Shown piece by piece: positions 1-9,643 of a DNA stretch of 64,000 nucleotides. The notes under the pieces were generated by a model. It saw only the letters and a program-made list of their open reading frames with translations. It had not been told where the DNA came from and made no database searches. The stretch's first letter is position 1. Each line of letters starts with the position of its first letter. The stretch spans positions 1,312,001 through 1,376,000 of the forward strand of contig OY771506.1 of the NCBI GenBank assembly GCA_963674705.1. The letters run 5' to 3'. This DNA comes from Phycisphaeraceae bacterium (GTDB lineage: Bacteria; Planctomycetota; Phycisphaerae; Phycisphaerales; Phycisphaeraceae). The translations under genes and the position numbers were made by a program.

Positions 1-482
1 AGACGTTGTATGGGCCTTTGCCTGTGTCGACGATTGCGCATCGATTGAATGATGATGAGGGGATTGATGTCGGGGAGGCTAATGAGGGGAGAGGTGAGAG
101 TGGGAGCAAGAGCGGGAGCGAGATCGAGAGCGCCAAACCGCAAGCGGCTGATGCGGGGGGTTTACGGGGGGACTTTCAGGGGGGCTTCCGGGGGCGGTTG
201 AGTGGGCGGTGGTATCCGGGGGTGGAGGATGTGTTGAAAGGGAAGCGCTGTTTTGCGTGTTCGACGTGTTGGAGGGTGCGTAACTTTTCGTTGTGTGATT
301 ATCGCGGGTGGAACGAGTTTGTGAGTTATTTGAGTGGCGGGTTGTTGTTCGGCAGGGAGGTGAAGCGGCCGGGGTGGTTGGTTTATGAGCGGAAGCGTGA
401 GGTGAAACGTGGGGCGCGGGGCAGGGGGCGAGAGCGGGGTGTAGGGTTTGGGGTGTCGGGTGCAGGGTAGAAAACGGGAATG

Positions 483-1040
483 TCAGGCCTGCTGTTCATC
501 TGTGTCATCTGTGTGATCCGTGGTTGCCCTCATAAACTCTGCGATCTCCGGGGTGTAAACCGCATAGCTACTGTTTTCATCAGTTACCGTAACCGGCGCG
601 ATGGTTGCGCCGCATTCGGGGCATGATGTCGATTCGTCGGGCGTGCCGCGCAGGTCGTAGTTGCATATCAGGCAGATCGGCGGGCGTAGTTCGATACGGA
701 CCAGTTCGTTGTGGACGTGGACTTTTTTGTAATGTCGCGATGCGGCATTTTGGCTGTAGTAAACGAGGCAGAGCAGGCTGGCGAGTACAGCGTTGTCGAG
801 TACATAGGTGATCCGGCCCGACGGAAGTTGAGCATGCAACACGTGCCATGCGATGTAGATCGGGACGGGGTACAACCAGCGCAACCACCACCCAGGTTTC
901 ATCCAGACGCGATTCCTTCGGCCGGTCAGGACCAGGTGCATACGCACCTCCATCGGCATTGACTTAAGCTCGGGAAACATCTGATCAAAGCGATTGATCT
1001 CTTGAGAAAGTTTCTTGACAGCACGCTTGTCTTGACTCAT
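483..1040 (-). CDS. Membrane protein with C-terminal CxxC...CPECG zinc ribbon
   Basis: Two hydrophobic segments, then CLICNYDLRGTPDESTSCPECG. The ATG at 1040 overlaps the upstream stop (ATGA). Confidence 0.75.
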   Translation of the reverse strand: MSQDKRAVKKLSQEINRFDQMFPELKSMPMEVRMHLVLTGRRNRVWMKPGWWLRWLYPVPIYIAWHVLHAQLPSGRITYVLDNAVLASLLCLVYYSQNAASRHYKKVHVHNELVRIELRPPICLICNYDLRGTPDESTSCPECGATIAPVTVTDENSSYAVYTPEIAEFMRATTDHTDDTDEQQA

Positions 1041-1510
1041 CCCCCGGCCTCGCTTTCTGTTTCCGGCTCTTGTTTGGTTACTTGTGCGATCTTGGCGCCG
1101 CATTCGGGGCAGGCGGTGGACTCATCGGGCGTGCCGCTCAGGTCGTAGCCGCATTCCAAGCACAGATCGGGGCGTAAATTTCTACGAATTAATTCTTCGG
1201 CCAAGCATATTCGTTGGCGTAGAGAGGTTTGTATCCACATGTTTACGAAGGCGAGCATCATGATGCAAAGAGACAGTATCAAACTGACAAGATTGTTTGC
1301 TTCCCCAAACTCGTCATACACGGGACCGAAGATCTTCGCTATGAGCCACAGCACAGGAAGCTGAAGCAAGAACGGTACAAAACCTCTCAGAACAAAGCGG
1401 GGGTCTCCCCACAGATTGCTTCCGGCTTTATGCAGGACTTCTTTCTTCAATGACACTGGGCCCAGCCCTTTTAGCGCGAGCTTGATTGGAGGGCGATTGG
1501 ACAAAAACAT
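1037..1510 (-). CDS. Membrane protein with C-terminal zinc ribbon (paralog of 483-1040)
   Basis: Two TM segments, then CLECGYDLSGTPDESTACPECG. Starts 3 nt after the stop of the ligase gene. Confidence 0.75.
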   Translation of the reverse strand: MFLSNRPPIKLALKGLGPVSLKKEVLHKAGSNLWGDPRFVLRGFVPFLLQLPVLWLIAKIFGPVYDEFGEANNLVSLILSLCIMMLAFVNMWIQTSLRQRICLAEELIRRNLRPDLCLECGYDLSGTPDESTACPECGAKIAQVTKQEPETESEAGG

Positions 1511-1513
1511 GTC

Positions 1514-3007
1514 TCACTCCGCTTTCAATTCGCGGCGGAGGATTTTGCCGGTCGGGTTGCGCGGCAGCTTATCAAGTACGCGGACTTCTTTGGGGATTTT
1601 GAATTGGGCGAGTGAGTCGCGGCAATGGTTTCGGATGGCTGACTCGTCGAAGGTGGCGTCTTCGTTGAGTTCGACGAAGGCGATGGGGACTTCGCCGCGC
1701 ATGTCGTCTTTTTTGCCGATGACGGCGGAGGCGGCGACGGAGGGGTGGGTGTTGATGACTTCTTCTATTTCGCGCGGAAAGACGTTTTCGCCGCCGACGA
1801 TGAGCATTTCTTTTTTGCGGCCTGTGATGAATAGGAAGCCTTCCTCGTCGATCTTGCCGATGTCACCGGTGCGGAAGGCGCGGACGGGTTTGTCCGAGCC
1901 GGGCGGGGTGATTTCGGTGATGACTTCGGCGGTCTTGTTGTCGAGCTTGTAGTAGCCCTTCATGATGTTCGGGCCGGTGAGGATGATTTCACCTTCTTCG
2001 TTGGGCCCGAGGATGTTGTTGTGTTCATCGACGATGTAGTTACCCACGCCGGGCAGCGGTTGGCCGACGGAGTGGCGTTTGTTCTGCGCGCGGGTGCACC
2101 AGTTGGTTGCGGGGGAGGTTTCGGTAAGGCCGTAGCCCTCGAAGAGCTTGGTGTCGAACTTTTCTTTGAACGCGGTGTAGATCGAATCGGACAGGGGTTC
2201 CGCGCCACAGACGGCGAAGCGCAGCGAACTCATTGTTTCAGGCTTCGCGCTCTTGACCGACAGTAGCGCGCCATACATCGAAGGCACGGCGATGAAGATA
2301 TCGGGCTTGTGTTCTTCGATCAGTCCGATGAGTTTGCGCGGCACGAAGCGGGCAGTGTAGACGACTTGCGAACCGATGAATAGCGGCAGCAGCGTCAGCA
2401 CCGTGAGGCCGAACGCGTGGAACTGCGGCAGCACGCCGAGGAATTTGTCGGCTCGGGTGATCTTGGCGTGTTCGATGGCGGCCAGTACGTTGGACTGCAG
2501 GTTGTTATGCGTGAGCATGACGCCCTTGGGCTTGCCGGACGTGCCTGAGGTGTAGAGCAGGACGGCGAGGTCATCGTCTTTGGGGTTCGGCGGCCAGCCG
2601 ATCGGGGGCATGCCTTTGAAGCTGACTTTTTCCAGCTCGATGACCTTGATGCCCTCGGGGATGGCGTCTGCGCCGCCGAGGTGTTCGAGCATCAGGCTGG
2701 AGGTGAAGAGGGTGTCGATGTCGCTGTCTTTGATGACGTAGGCGAGTTCTTCCTTGGATAGCAGGTAGTTGAACGGGACGGGGACCCGGCCGGCGATCCA
2801 GGCGCCAAGCAGCGCGACGGGGAAGGCCCCGCTGGTCGGGAGCATGATGCCGACGTGCCTGGCGGAGCTGTTGCGTTTGATCTCGCGGGCGATGAAGTAA
2901 GCACCGGCGATGAGCTTCGCATAGGAGTAGGACTGGCGGTCGTCGATGACGGCGACGGAGCGTGGGCGTTTGATGGCTTGTGCAAGAATGGGCCGAAGCA
3001 GGCTCAT
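1514..3007 (-). CDS. AMP-dependent acyl-CoA synthetase/ligase (long-chain fatty acid-CoA ligase family)
   Basis: YTSGTSGKPKG, EGYGLTE, RTGDIG and LPRNPTGKI adenylation motifs. GAGG RBS before the ATG at 3007. Confidence 0.92.
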   Translation of the reverse strand: MSLLRPILAQAIKRPRSVAVIDDRQSYSYAKLIAGAYFIAREIKRNSSARHVGIMLPTSGAFPVALLGAWIAGRVPVPFNYLLSKEELAYVIKDSDIDTLFTSSLMLEHLGGADAIPEGIKVIELEKVSFKGMPPIGWPPNPKDDDLAVLLYTSGTSGKPKGVMLTHNNLQSNVLAAIEHAKITRADKFLGVLPQFHAFGLTVLTLLPLFIGSQVVYTARFVPRKLIGLIEEHKPDIFIAVPSMYGALLSVKSAKPETMSSLRFAVCGAEPLSDSIYTAFKEKFDTKLFEGYGLTETSPATNWCTRAQNKRHSVGQPLPGVGNYIVDEHNNILGPNEEGEIILTGPNIMKGYYKLDNKTAEVITEITPPGSDKPVRAFRTGDIGKIDEEGFLFITGRKKEMLIVGGENVFPREIEEVINTHPSVAASAVIGKKDDMRGEVPIAFVELNEDATFDESAIRNHCRDSLAQFKIPKEVRVLDKLPRNPTGKILRRELKAE

Positions 3008-3116
3008 AGGAATCCTCAAATGTGATAGACGGGTGCGTAACGCTTAAACTATACCAGCCAATGAATCGCAAGGCCGAACCACGGACGGATCAGGGGACAC
3101 GATGATGCAGACACAT

Positions 3117-3900
3117 ATGAAACACGTAAGGACCGCCGCCTGGCTTATCGCAGGGCTGGCGCTTTGTTTTGGCGGGATGCCAGACCGCCAAGGGGCCTAA
3201 CCAGGTGGATCTGGCGCAGTCGCACTTCCAGCAGGGCAACTACACGCAGGCGTATTCGACGGCCGCGCGGGCGGCGAATGCGACCGGCGGGGCCGAGCGC
3301 GACCTGGCGAATTACCTGGCGGGGGTTTCGGCGTACCGGTTGGGCAATATGTCGGCCGCAGAACGCTATCTGCGCGTCGCCGCATTGAGTAAAGACGAAT
3401 CGCTCGCTGCGGACGCCAGCTCGACGCTCGGGTTGATCTATTCCCAGCAACTGCAATACGCCGCCGCCGCCAACGCCTTCATGCGTGGTGCATCATTACA
3501 GCATGGCGAAGACCGCGCGCAGGGCTACTTCTATGCCGGCGTCGCACAGCAGAAGCTGGGTCAATGGCCTCAGGCGCGCACGAGCCTGCTGCTGGCCCGC
3601 AAGGCGACAGCCGACAAGAGCCTGATTCAGCGCATCGACGAGCAGCTTGCGGTCACGGGATACACGATCCAGATCGGCGCGTTTGCCAATCGTGATAATG
3701 CGGACAAGCTGGCGTCGGAGTATGCGGGCAAAGTCGCGGCGGCCGAGCTTGGTTCCGTTTATGTCACCCCCGGCGCGACAGCCAGCGGCCGGACACTCAA
3801 TATGGTGCAGGTTGGCCGGTTCGCCACGTTCGGTGCTGCGAGTCAGGCGAAAAGCAAACTGGGGTTGCGCGATGCGGTGATTGTGTCGTTGCAGCAGTGA
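3117..3900 (+). CDS. TPR + SPOR domain lipoprotein, apparently frameshifted in the signal peptide
   Basis: ORF 3169-3900 has TPR-like helices and a SPOR motif (GYTIQIGAFANRDNA...VQVGRF). The signal peptide from ATG 3117 is one base out of frame with the LAGC lipobox. Confidence 0.75.
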
Positions 3901-4023
3901 GGGTGATATTGAATGTTGGATGTACGATGTTCAATTTTGTAGCATGGTGTGTTGTGCTGGTGTTAGCGCAGTGCGGCTTGCAGCAGATTGAACATTCCAC
4001 ATGGAAGATTGAACACTTCGGAA

Positions 4024-4061
4024 ACCCGGCCCTTCGCTTCGCTCAGAACCGGCGTTGGGGG
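4024..4061. repeat. 38-nt dispersed repeat, copy 1
   Basis: ACCCGGCCCTTCGCTTCGCTCAGAACCGGCGTTGGGGG is identical to 28966-29003. Confidence 0.95.
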
Positions 4062-4077
4062 AGATGGAAATACAATT

Positions 4078-4168
<91 letters not shown>

Positions 4169-4170
4169 AC

Positions 4171-4545
4171 TCAAGCACAGCGGAAGATGATCTGGTCGCA
4201 GACGATTCTTGCCAGTTCGCTGAGTTTGAATCGCATCTGATCGTCGAGCTCGCTGAACTCGAAGCCGATCATGTGTTTGCGGAAGCCCTGGCGTTCGACC
4301 CAGATGACGCGAGCTGGCAGTTTGAGGACGGGGTCGCCGGCGTTCGGGTGGACGCTGATGGTGTATGAATCGCCGACCTCCATGATCTGCCCGCCACGTC
4401 GTAAGACGCGCATGCCCGATCCGGATAGATCGATCACCTGACCGACGCAGCAGCTTGCGTCCTCGCAGCGCAGTCGGCCGTGCCGTCTGCGTTCGTTGGA
4501 TGGTGGCGCGTCGAGCACGAGTTTAGGATTGCGGACCAGTCTCAT
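4171..4545 (-). CDS. PilZ domain protein
   Basis: RRRHGR (RxxxR) and DLSGSG (DxSxxG) c-di-GMP-binding motifs; ends with GFEF. Confidence 0.85.
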   Translation of the reverse strand: MRLVRNPKLVLDAPPSNERRRHGRLRCEDASCCVGQVIDLSGSGMRVLRRGGQIMEVGDSYTISVHPNAGDPVLKLPARVIWVERQGFRKHMIGFEFSELDDQMRFKLSELARIVCDQIIFRCA

Positions 4546-4698
4546 ATCGAAAATATCGGTGTGGTGACAGCGCGACTGATGGTTCGGCTGGGTTAATCCA
4601 GAGATAGTATGGGGGTTGTAGGGTTTGGGGTGTGGCTGGGTGCGATAAGTATTGGGAAATGAACTAAAGAGTTCATCGTCGCTAAGCCGTAAACAGCT

Positions 4699-6075
4699 TC
4701 AGGCGGAGGCGCGGGATTGGCGTTCGATGAGTCGGCGCTCGATGCGTTGGATGCCGCGCAGCACGTCGTCGGCCGTCTCGAAAGGTACATCCTGTTGTTC
4801 CTTGGGCCGAAGCACGGCGGCGGTCAGGCTCGAGATCGCCTGCGCCTCGACCGTGTTCGGATCGTACTCGATCAGGTGCGCGAAGTTAGGATTGTGCGTG
4901 GGTTTGGTGATTTGCAGTGCGAGATAGAACGTATCGATCGCCGGGTCCGGCTTCTGGTGAACGCAAGTGAATGAGCGGTTAGTGACCTGCCCTTTTTCGA
5001 GCATCTGCCCGAGCATGCGCTGGATCTTGCTGGTGCGCATCATTTCACCGAACAGGCTGGTGAGCATCGGACTCTGCTGGATGTTTTCGCCGATGCGTGC
5101 GGATGATCCGAAGTCGACGAATCCGACGCCGCGCGGCGTAAGGACGAAGTTATCCAGGCGCAGGTCCAGATGCATGACTTGAGCCCGGTTGTGCAGCGCA
5201 CTGAGCAGTTTTGCGCTTTGCTTGGCGAATTCGATCTGCGACAGTTTTGGCCCGCCTGTACGCAACCAGTTCATCGCGAGCCGGCGAACAAACCCGTTGC
5301 CGTCCTTGATCACGCCCATCGGTTTGGGCACGCTGTGACGGTACGGCTCGGGCAGCTCGTTCTGCAGGATCTTCAGGATCGCCGCTTCGCGCGTCAGGAA
5401 TGTCGGGAACACATTGTCGACGAGCTTGCGTGTGCGCAACTCGATATCTTTATCGTTGGCATCCGGGAAACGGCGCCTTAATCGGTACGCGACGTCGGCA
5501 TAGGTCGGCACTTCCTTGCAGACGACGTAGCCATGCTCCGCGCTTGGTTCGCGCATCAGTTCGACTTTGTACGTGTATCGTTCCGTGACCTCGCCGGGCT
5601 GGATCATGCAGACCTTACGGGCGGCGAAGTAATGGATATTTGTCGACAGGCCGGGGAAGCGGAAGCCCAGGCGGTTTATGCGTGTCAATGCGTGCGGCGT
5701 TTCCAGAAGGAACCCGCGTTTGCCGTCATATTCCCGCGCGATGCCGCGAACGCGCTTTTCATCACGGTCGGCGTAGATGAACAGGCCGCCCCAGAGTAGT
5801 TGATGGAAGACTTCATCCGGCAGTTTCGGGTCTTTGCCGGCAGCGAAAAGAAAATCGACCGGCGGGCCGTTTCTTGCCGGGGCGCTGCGTGTAACGAGAT
5901 AGCCCTGCATCGCGTCCGTGAAGTCGCGCTGCGCGACCGTGTCGATCAGTCGATCACCGAACACGCTGCCGTTCATCCCGTTCGTGTTGCGCAGCAGGCA
6001 CGTGTCCGCCTTTTCGGCGCGACGGTTTGGGGCGGGCTCTGCGCCAGTTACGTGCATGGTGGAAGTAAGTCGCAT
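4699..6075 (-). CDS. Protein kinase-like fold protein with uncharacterised N-terminal domain
   Basis: VVCKE, REAAILK, HLDLRLDNF catalytic loop and VDFG motif. Confidence 0.75.
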   Translation of the reverse strand: MRLTSTMHVTGAEPAPNRRAEKADTCLLRNTNGMNGSVFGDRLIDTVAQRDFTDAMQGYLVTRSAPARNGPPVDFLFAAGKDPKLPDEVFHQLLWGGLFIYADRDEKRVRGIAREYDGKRGFLLETPHALTRINRLGFRFPGLSTNIHYFAARKVCMIQPGEVTERYTYKVELMREPSAEHGYVVCKEVPTYADVAYRLRRRFPDANDKDIELRTRKLVDNVFPTFLTREAAILKILQNELPEPYRHSVPKPMGVIKDGNGFVRRLAMNWLRTGGPKLSQIEFAKQSAKLLSALHNRAQVMHLDLRLDNFVLTPRGVGFVDFGSSARIGENIQQSPMLTSLFGEMMRTSKIQRMLGQMLEKGQVTNRSFTCVHQKPDPAIDTFYLALQITKPTHNPNFAHLIEYDPNTVEAQAISSLTAAVLRPKEQQDVPFETADDVLRGIQRIERRLIERQSRASA

Positions 6076-6181
6076 TCAATCCTCGTCTGGTCTCACAAAC
6101 GTCTCGGCATCGCGCCGGGCCCCGACGAGCAGGATCTTGGCTTACCTCATCATACCCCGGATCATGCCCGAGGTATAGGTT

Positions 6182-7546
6182 TTATTTTGAGGAATCACCT
6201 AACTTCTCTGTCTTAACCTTCATCGGCCGAATGATATAGGCCACCCCACCATGGCGTATCCACGCCCGCGCTAATTCTTCAGACCGATAAATAATGCCCT
6301 CGCCACGCGTTTTACTCGCCGAATCGTTCATCACCGCGTCGCCGTCTTTTGTTAACCCGCGGATCACGACCAGGTGCCCTTTTGTTGAATCCATCACATT
6401 GCTCGGGAACGTGCCGGACTCGAAACGGATCGATGCGATCAAAGGCTGGCCTTGTGCGATGTAGGCTTTGACCTGGTCCCACGTGCGGATGCGATCCAGG
6501 TACGCATCGAAACCGAGCTGCCCGGCATACGCAACCGCCCTGCCCCAGTTGCCGAAGATACTGTACTCCGGGTCGTAGATCGCCAGCGCGTTATCCACCA
6601 TCGTCCCGTCATCGCCCAGCGATTGCATCACCATCGTGACGGATGTCGGCGAACAGATCTGCGGCTTGAGTGCCGGCGGAGCATCAGCCTGTGTGAAAAA
6701 CGGCACATCCAGCGTCCGCGCCCAGTTGCCTTCAATCTTGATCGGTCGGGCGAGTTCAGCACGTTTGCTTTCATCTTCGATCGCGCCCGAATAAATCATG
6801 ACAAACTTGCGCATGCTCGGGTTGGATGCGCCATCCACATCGTAACTCTGGAACACCGCACGCATCTGGTACGCGTCGGCGGGTCGTTTGAGCACCAGGA
6901 AGTCGATATCAATCTTGCCGTGCTTGAACTGGATGTCCTGCTTGTCATTCGGCGAGGTCTTGCCCCACGAGCCGATATACAACCAAGGCGACCAGTCGCC
7001 GCTTTTCATGTCACGCGAACGGATAAAAAACTTCACGCCCGACTCGGCCTGCACATTCATGTTCCATGAAGGCAACACCTGCGTAAACGGAAAGTCGGTG
7101 ACATACTCCGGACTTGTCCACGTCCCACTGCGCGGATAACGCTCACGGCTGGGCGGATCGTCCAGCGTCAGTTGTCCATCATCATTAACCTTGATGCGTT
7201 TGAATTCGCCGGTCGACCAGTCCGCCGCATCGTCCAACACGATCATGCGGTCAACAATGTGCATCGGATTATTGCGCCAATCGACATCCGGCGAAACGGT
7301 TTTTTCGGTGACGGTTGGTTTGCTTGCACAGCCAACGATAAGCAGGCAGCACAAAACAAGAAGTGAGACAAGTAAAGCTTTTCCGGTCCCCTCTCCTCTC
7401 GGGAGAGGGTTAGGGTGAGGGCCGTCTTGTTTTAAACAACCAGCGTTTAAATGGCGCACTTTCCCCCAAACCGCCCTCATCCCAGCCCTCTCCCGAGGGG
7501 AGAGGGAGTTAACGCAAGTTGTATTTTGCCGCTTTAGTAATCCCAT
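6182..7546 (-). CDS. Peptidase C39-like lipoprotein (start uncertain)
   Basis: PFFTQ...ICSPTS (catalytic Cys), GHLVVIRG (His) and MNDSA (Asp). LIVGC lipobox. The N-terminus runs through a REP doublet. Confidence 0.8.
   Translation of the reverse strand: MGLLKRQNTTCVNSLSPRERAGMRAVWGKVRHLNAGCLKQDGPHPNPLPRGEGTGKALLVSLLVLCCLLIVGCASKPTVTEKTVSPDVDWRNNPMHIVDRMIVLDDAADWSTGEFKRIKVNDDGQLTLDDPPSRERYPRSGTWTSPEYVTDFPFTQVLPSWNMNVQAESGVKFFIRSRDMKSGDWSPWLYIGSWGKTSPNDKQDIQFKHGKIDIDFLVLKRPADAYQMRAVFQSYDVDGASNPSMRKFVMIYSGAIEDESKRAELARPIKIEGNWARTLDVPFFTQADAPPALKPQICSPTSVTMVMQSLGDDGTMVDNALAIYDPEYSIFGNWGRAVAYAGQLGFDAYLDRIRTWDQVKAYIAQGQPLIASIRFESGTFPSNVMDSTKGHLVVIRGLTKDGDAVMNDSASKTRGEGIIYRSEELARAWIRHGGVAYIIRPMKVKTEKLGDSSK
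7388..7507. repeat. Inverted REP doublet, family A (CCCTCTCCC-nn-GGGAGAGGG arms)
   Basis: Two inverted palindromic arms about 50 nt apart. Same family at 24636-24794, 30878-30994 and 59933-60049. Confidence 0.9.
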
Positions 7547-8349
7547 ATCTGGTTCCACGCGGTCATCCAGTCGTCGGCCTTACTCACCGCCTTGAGCGGG
7601 TCGACTAATTCAACGCCGTAGCGCCCCATGAATCGATTGGCTGTATCCACCGTAGACAGGTTGACCGTGATCGTCGTCGGCTTCGCGGGGACGTAAGGCT
7701 TGAGGTTCTTCTTGGGCAATTCAATCAGCGCTTTTCTCGCACCGTCTTCGATCATCTGTCGTGCGCGCTTCGGGGGGACTTGTCGTGCGCTGTAGCGTGA
7801 CAGGCCTTTCTTCACCGCGACGCATTCCAGGCCGTCGATGATTTCCCGGGCTTCGCGGATGGTTGCTTCGTCGCCCGTGACCAGCGCGACCGGACAACCG
7901 TAGTGGCCGCACAGCGCGGCGTTGATCCCGAACTCGCCGACCTCGTCGTCGTTGAAGAAAACGCTACGCCATGTGGTGGTTGAGATCGTGTGACACATCA
8001 CGCCGTCCGGCGTCCCTGCGCGGGCGTGCATCGCGACCATCAGCGCTGCATCACAACCTTTTTCCAGTAGCTCCGTATAGCGCCCCCACGCATGGTGTGC
8101 GACGAATTCACAGTCCGGGTGCAGGTCTTCGGGGATCAGCGAATTGAATGACATGTCTCCACCTGCGCCATGACAATCCACAACGACGATCTCCGTCGCC
8201 CCGCCCGCGATCGCGCCGCGCACGGCCGCGTTGATCTCTTCGGTATACAGTTTGCGCCCCTCCTCATACATCGGTGCGCCGTAGTTCACCCAGTCCCACG
8301 TCACAATCCCGCTGACGCCTTCCATGTCCGACATGATCAGCACGCGCAT
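7534..8349 (-). CDS. dppA: M55 family D-aminopeptidase
   Basis: SDMEGVSG, DCHG, MHARAG and HTIS motifs of peptidase M55. Confidence 0.88.
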   Translation of the reverse strand: MRVLIMSDMEGVSGIVTWDWVNYGAPMYEEGRKLYTEEINAAVRGAIAGGATEIVVVDCHGAGGDMSFNSLIPEDLHPDCEFVAHHAWGRYTELLEKGCDAALMVAMHARAGTPDGVMCHTISTTTWRSVFFNDDEVGEFGINAALCGHYGCPVALVTGDEATIREAREIIDGLECVAVKKGLSRYSARQVPPKRARQMIEDGARKALIELPKKNLKPYVPAKPTTITVNLSTVDTANRFMGRYGVELVDPLKAVSKADDWMTAWNQIWDY

Positions 8350-8410
8350 GCTAATGCTTCCTTAATCTGAATAGATATCCGCCCTGTCAGACCATTGTAA
8401 CCGGAGTTTT

Positions 8411-8622
8411 AGCCACAGATGAACACGGATGAACACAGATAGGAATATAGATGGCAGGAAGTATCCACAGATTACGCAGATGACGCATATTTTGAATTTA
8501 CAAACCAAAAAGTCTTAATCTGCGCGATCCGCGTAATCTGCGGATATTTCTTCTATCTGTGTTTATCCGTGTTCATCCGTGGCTAACTCTTCTTTTCTTC
8601 GCACTCTCCGCGCCTTCGCGGT
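8411..8622. repeat. Nested palindromic repeat cluster (families B, C, D)
   Basis: A GCCACAGATGAACACGGATGAACACAGAT inverted pair encloses an ATCCACAGATTACGCAGAT inverted pair. Confidence 0.88.
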
Positions 8623-9446
8623 TATTCCTGCTTCTCTTTCGCCAAGCTCTGCGAGGTGATCCAATCCAGCAGGCCCGGTTCTTCGAACGCCGGCGACCAA
8701 CTGTTGTGGCCGACGCCGGGATACTCGGTGTACTTCGGTTCACCGCCCGCTTCTTTGATCGCTTTGATCATCGCCCGCGTCAGGTCGACGCTAACGACGG
8801 GGTCGGCGTCGCCGTGGAACGCCCAGATGGGCGTGTCGACGATTGATTCTGCTTTAGAGGTATCACCCCCGCCACAGATCGGGACCGCCGCAGCGAAGCG
8901 CCCGGGCCAACGGCTGATCGCGTCCCACGAACCGAAGCCGCCCATCGATAGACCCATGATGTACAGACGATCCGAGTCGACGTCGTACTTTTCGATCATC
9001 TGGTCGACAACCGCCTGCGCGTTTTTCATCGGCTCGGCGGGTTCGGGGTTGAGCGTCATCTTGCCTTCAGCGCGATCGATGTTGCTCCACCATCCGCCTT
9101 CCGGACATTGCGGGACGATGACGATGCAGTGGTATTCGTTCGCCGCTTTGAGCAGGATGTCTTTGCCCCAGACAAGTTGCTTTTCATTGTCGTTGCCGCG
9201 CTCGCCCGCGCCGTGCAGGAACAGCAACAACGGCATCGGGCCTTGCACATTCTTCGGGACGAGCAGGCGGTAAGGCAACTCGCTTCCATTTTCATCTTTA
9301 TAGATGTGCGATTCAAAAGGTGTTGTTTGCTTGGCGGATTCTTTGGATTCTTCAGCGTAAGCCGGCGTCGTTTGAGATATCCAAACGACTGCGAGAGCGA
9401 ACATCGTGAGCAATTGAACGAGTGAACAACGTTTACCTGGCATCAT
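8622..9446 (-). CDS. Secreted alpha/beta-hydrolase (predicted peptidase/phospholipase/esterase)
   Basis: Signal peptide, FLHGAGERG, GLSMGG nucleophile elbow, HGDAD and GHNSW triad motifs. Confidence 0.88.
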   Translation of the reverse strand: MMPGKRCSLVQLLTMFALAVVWISQTTPAYAEESKESAKQTTPFESHIYKDENGSELPYRLLVPKNVQGPMPLLLFLHGAGERGNDNEKQLVWGKDILLKAANEYHCIVIVPQCPEGGWWSNIDRAEGKMTLNPEPAEPMKNAQAVVDQMIEKYDVDSDRLYIMGLSMGGFGSWDAISRWPGRFAAAVPICGGGDTSKAESIVDTPIWAFHGDADPVVSVDLTRAMIKAIKEAGGEPKYTEYPGVGHNSWSPAFEEPGLLDWITSQSLAKEKQE

Positions 9447-9643
9447 GGACTCCTTCGCATTGAGTTGTTCGTGTCTTTGGGTTGTTCAATAGTCTAACGA
9501 TCTGTTGATGAGTGGTGGATAAGTTTGTCTCGGCGGGTGTTTAGAAGCGATCTAAGACAGAAATCGTTAGGACTGGGATAATTTTCGTGCTATTTGGCAA
9601 AAAGGGGTTGCGTGGATTGGCGGGGTTGAGTTAAATTCGTCGT

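Noticed and set aside
6..470. 154-aa ORF on + strand
   Set aside because: Low-complexity G/T-rich sequence containing a dispersed repeat (127-149) and no recognisable motif. It may be the tail of a gene starting outside the window, but I cannot support that.
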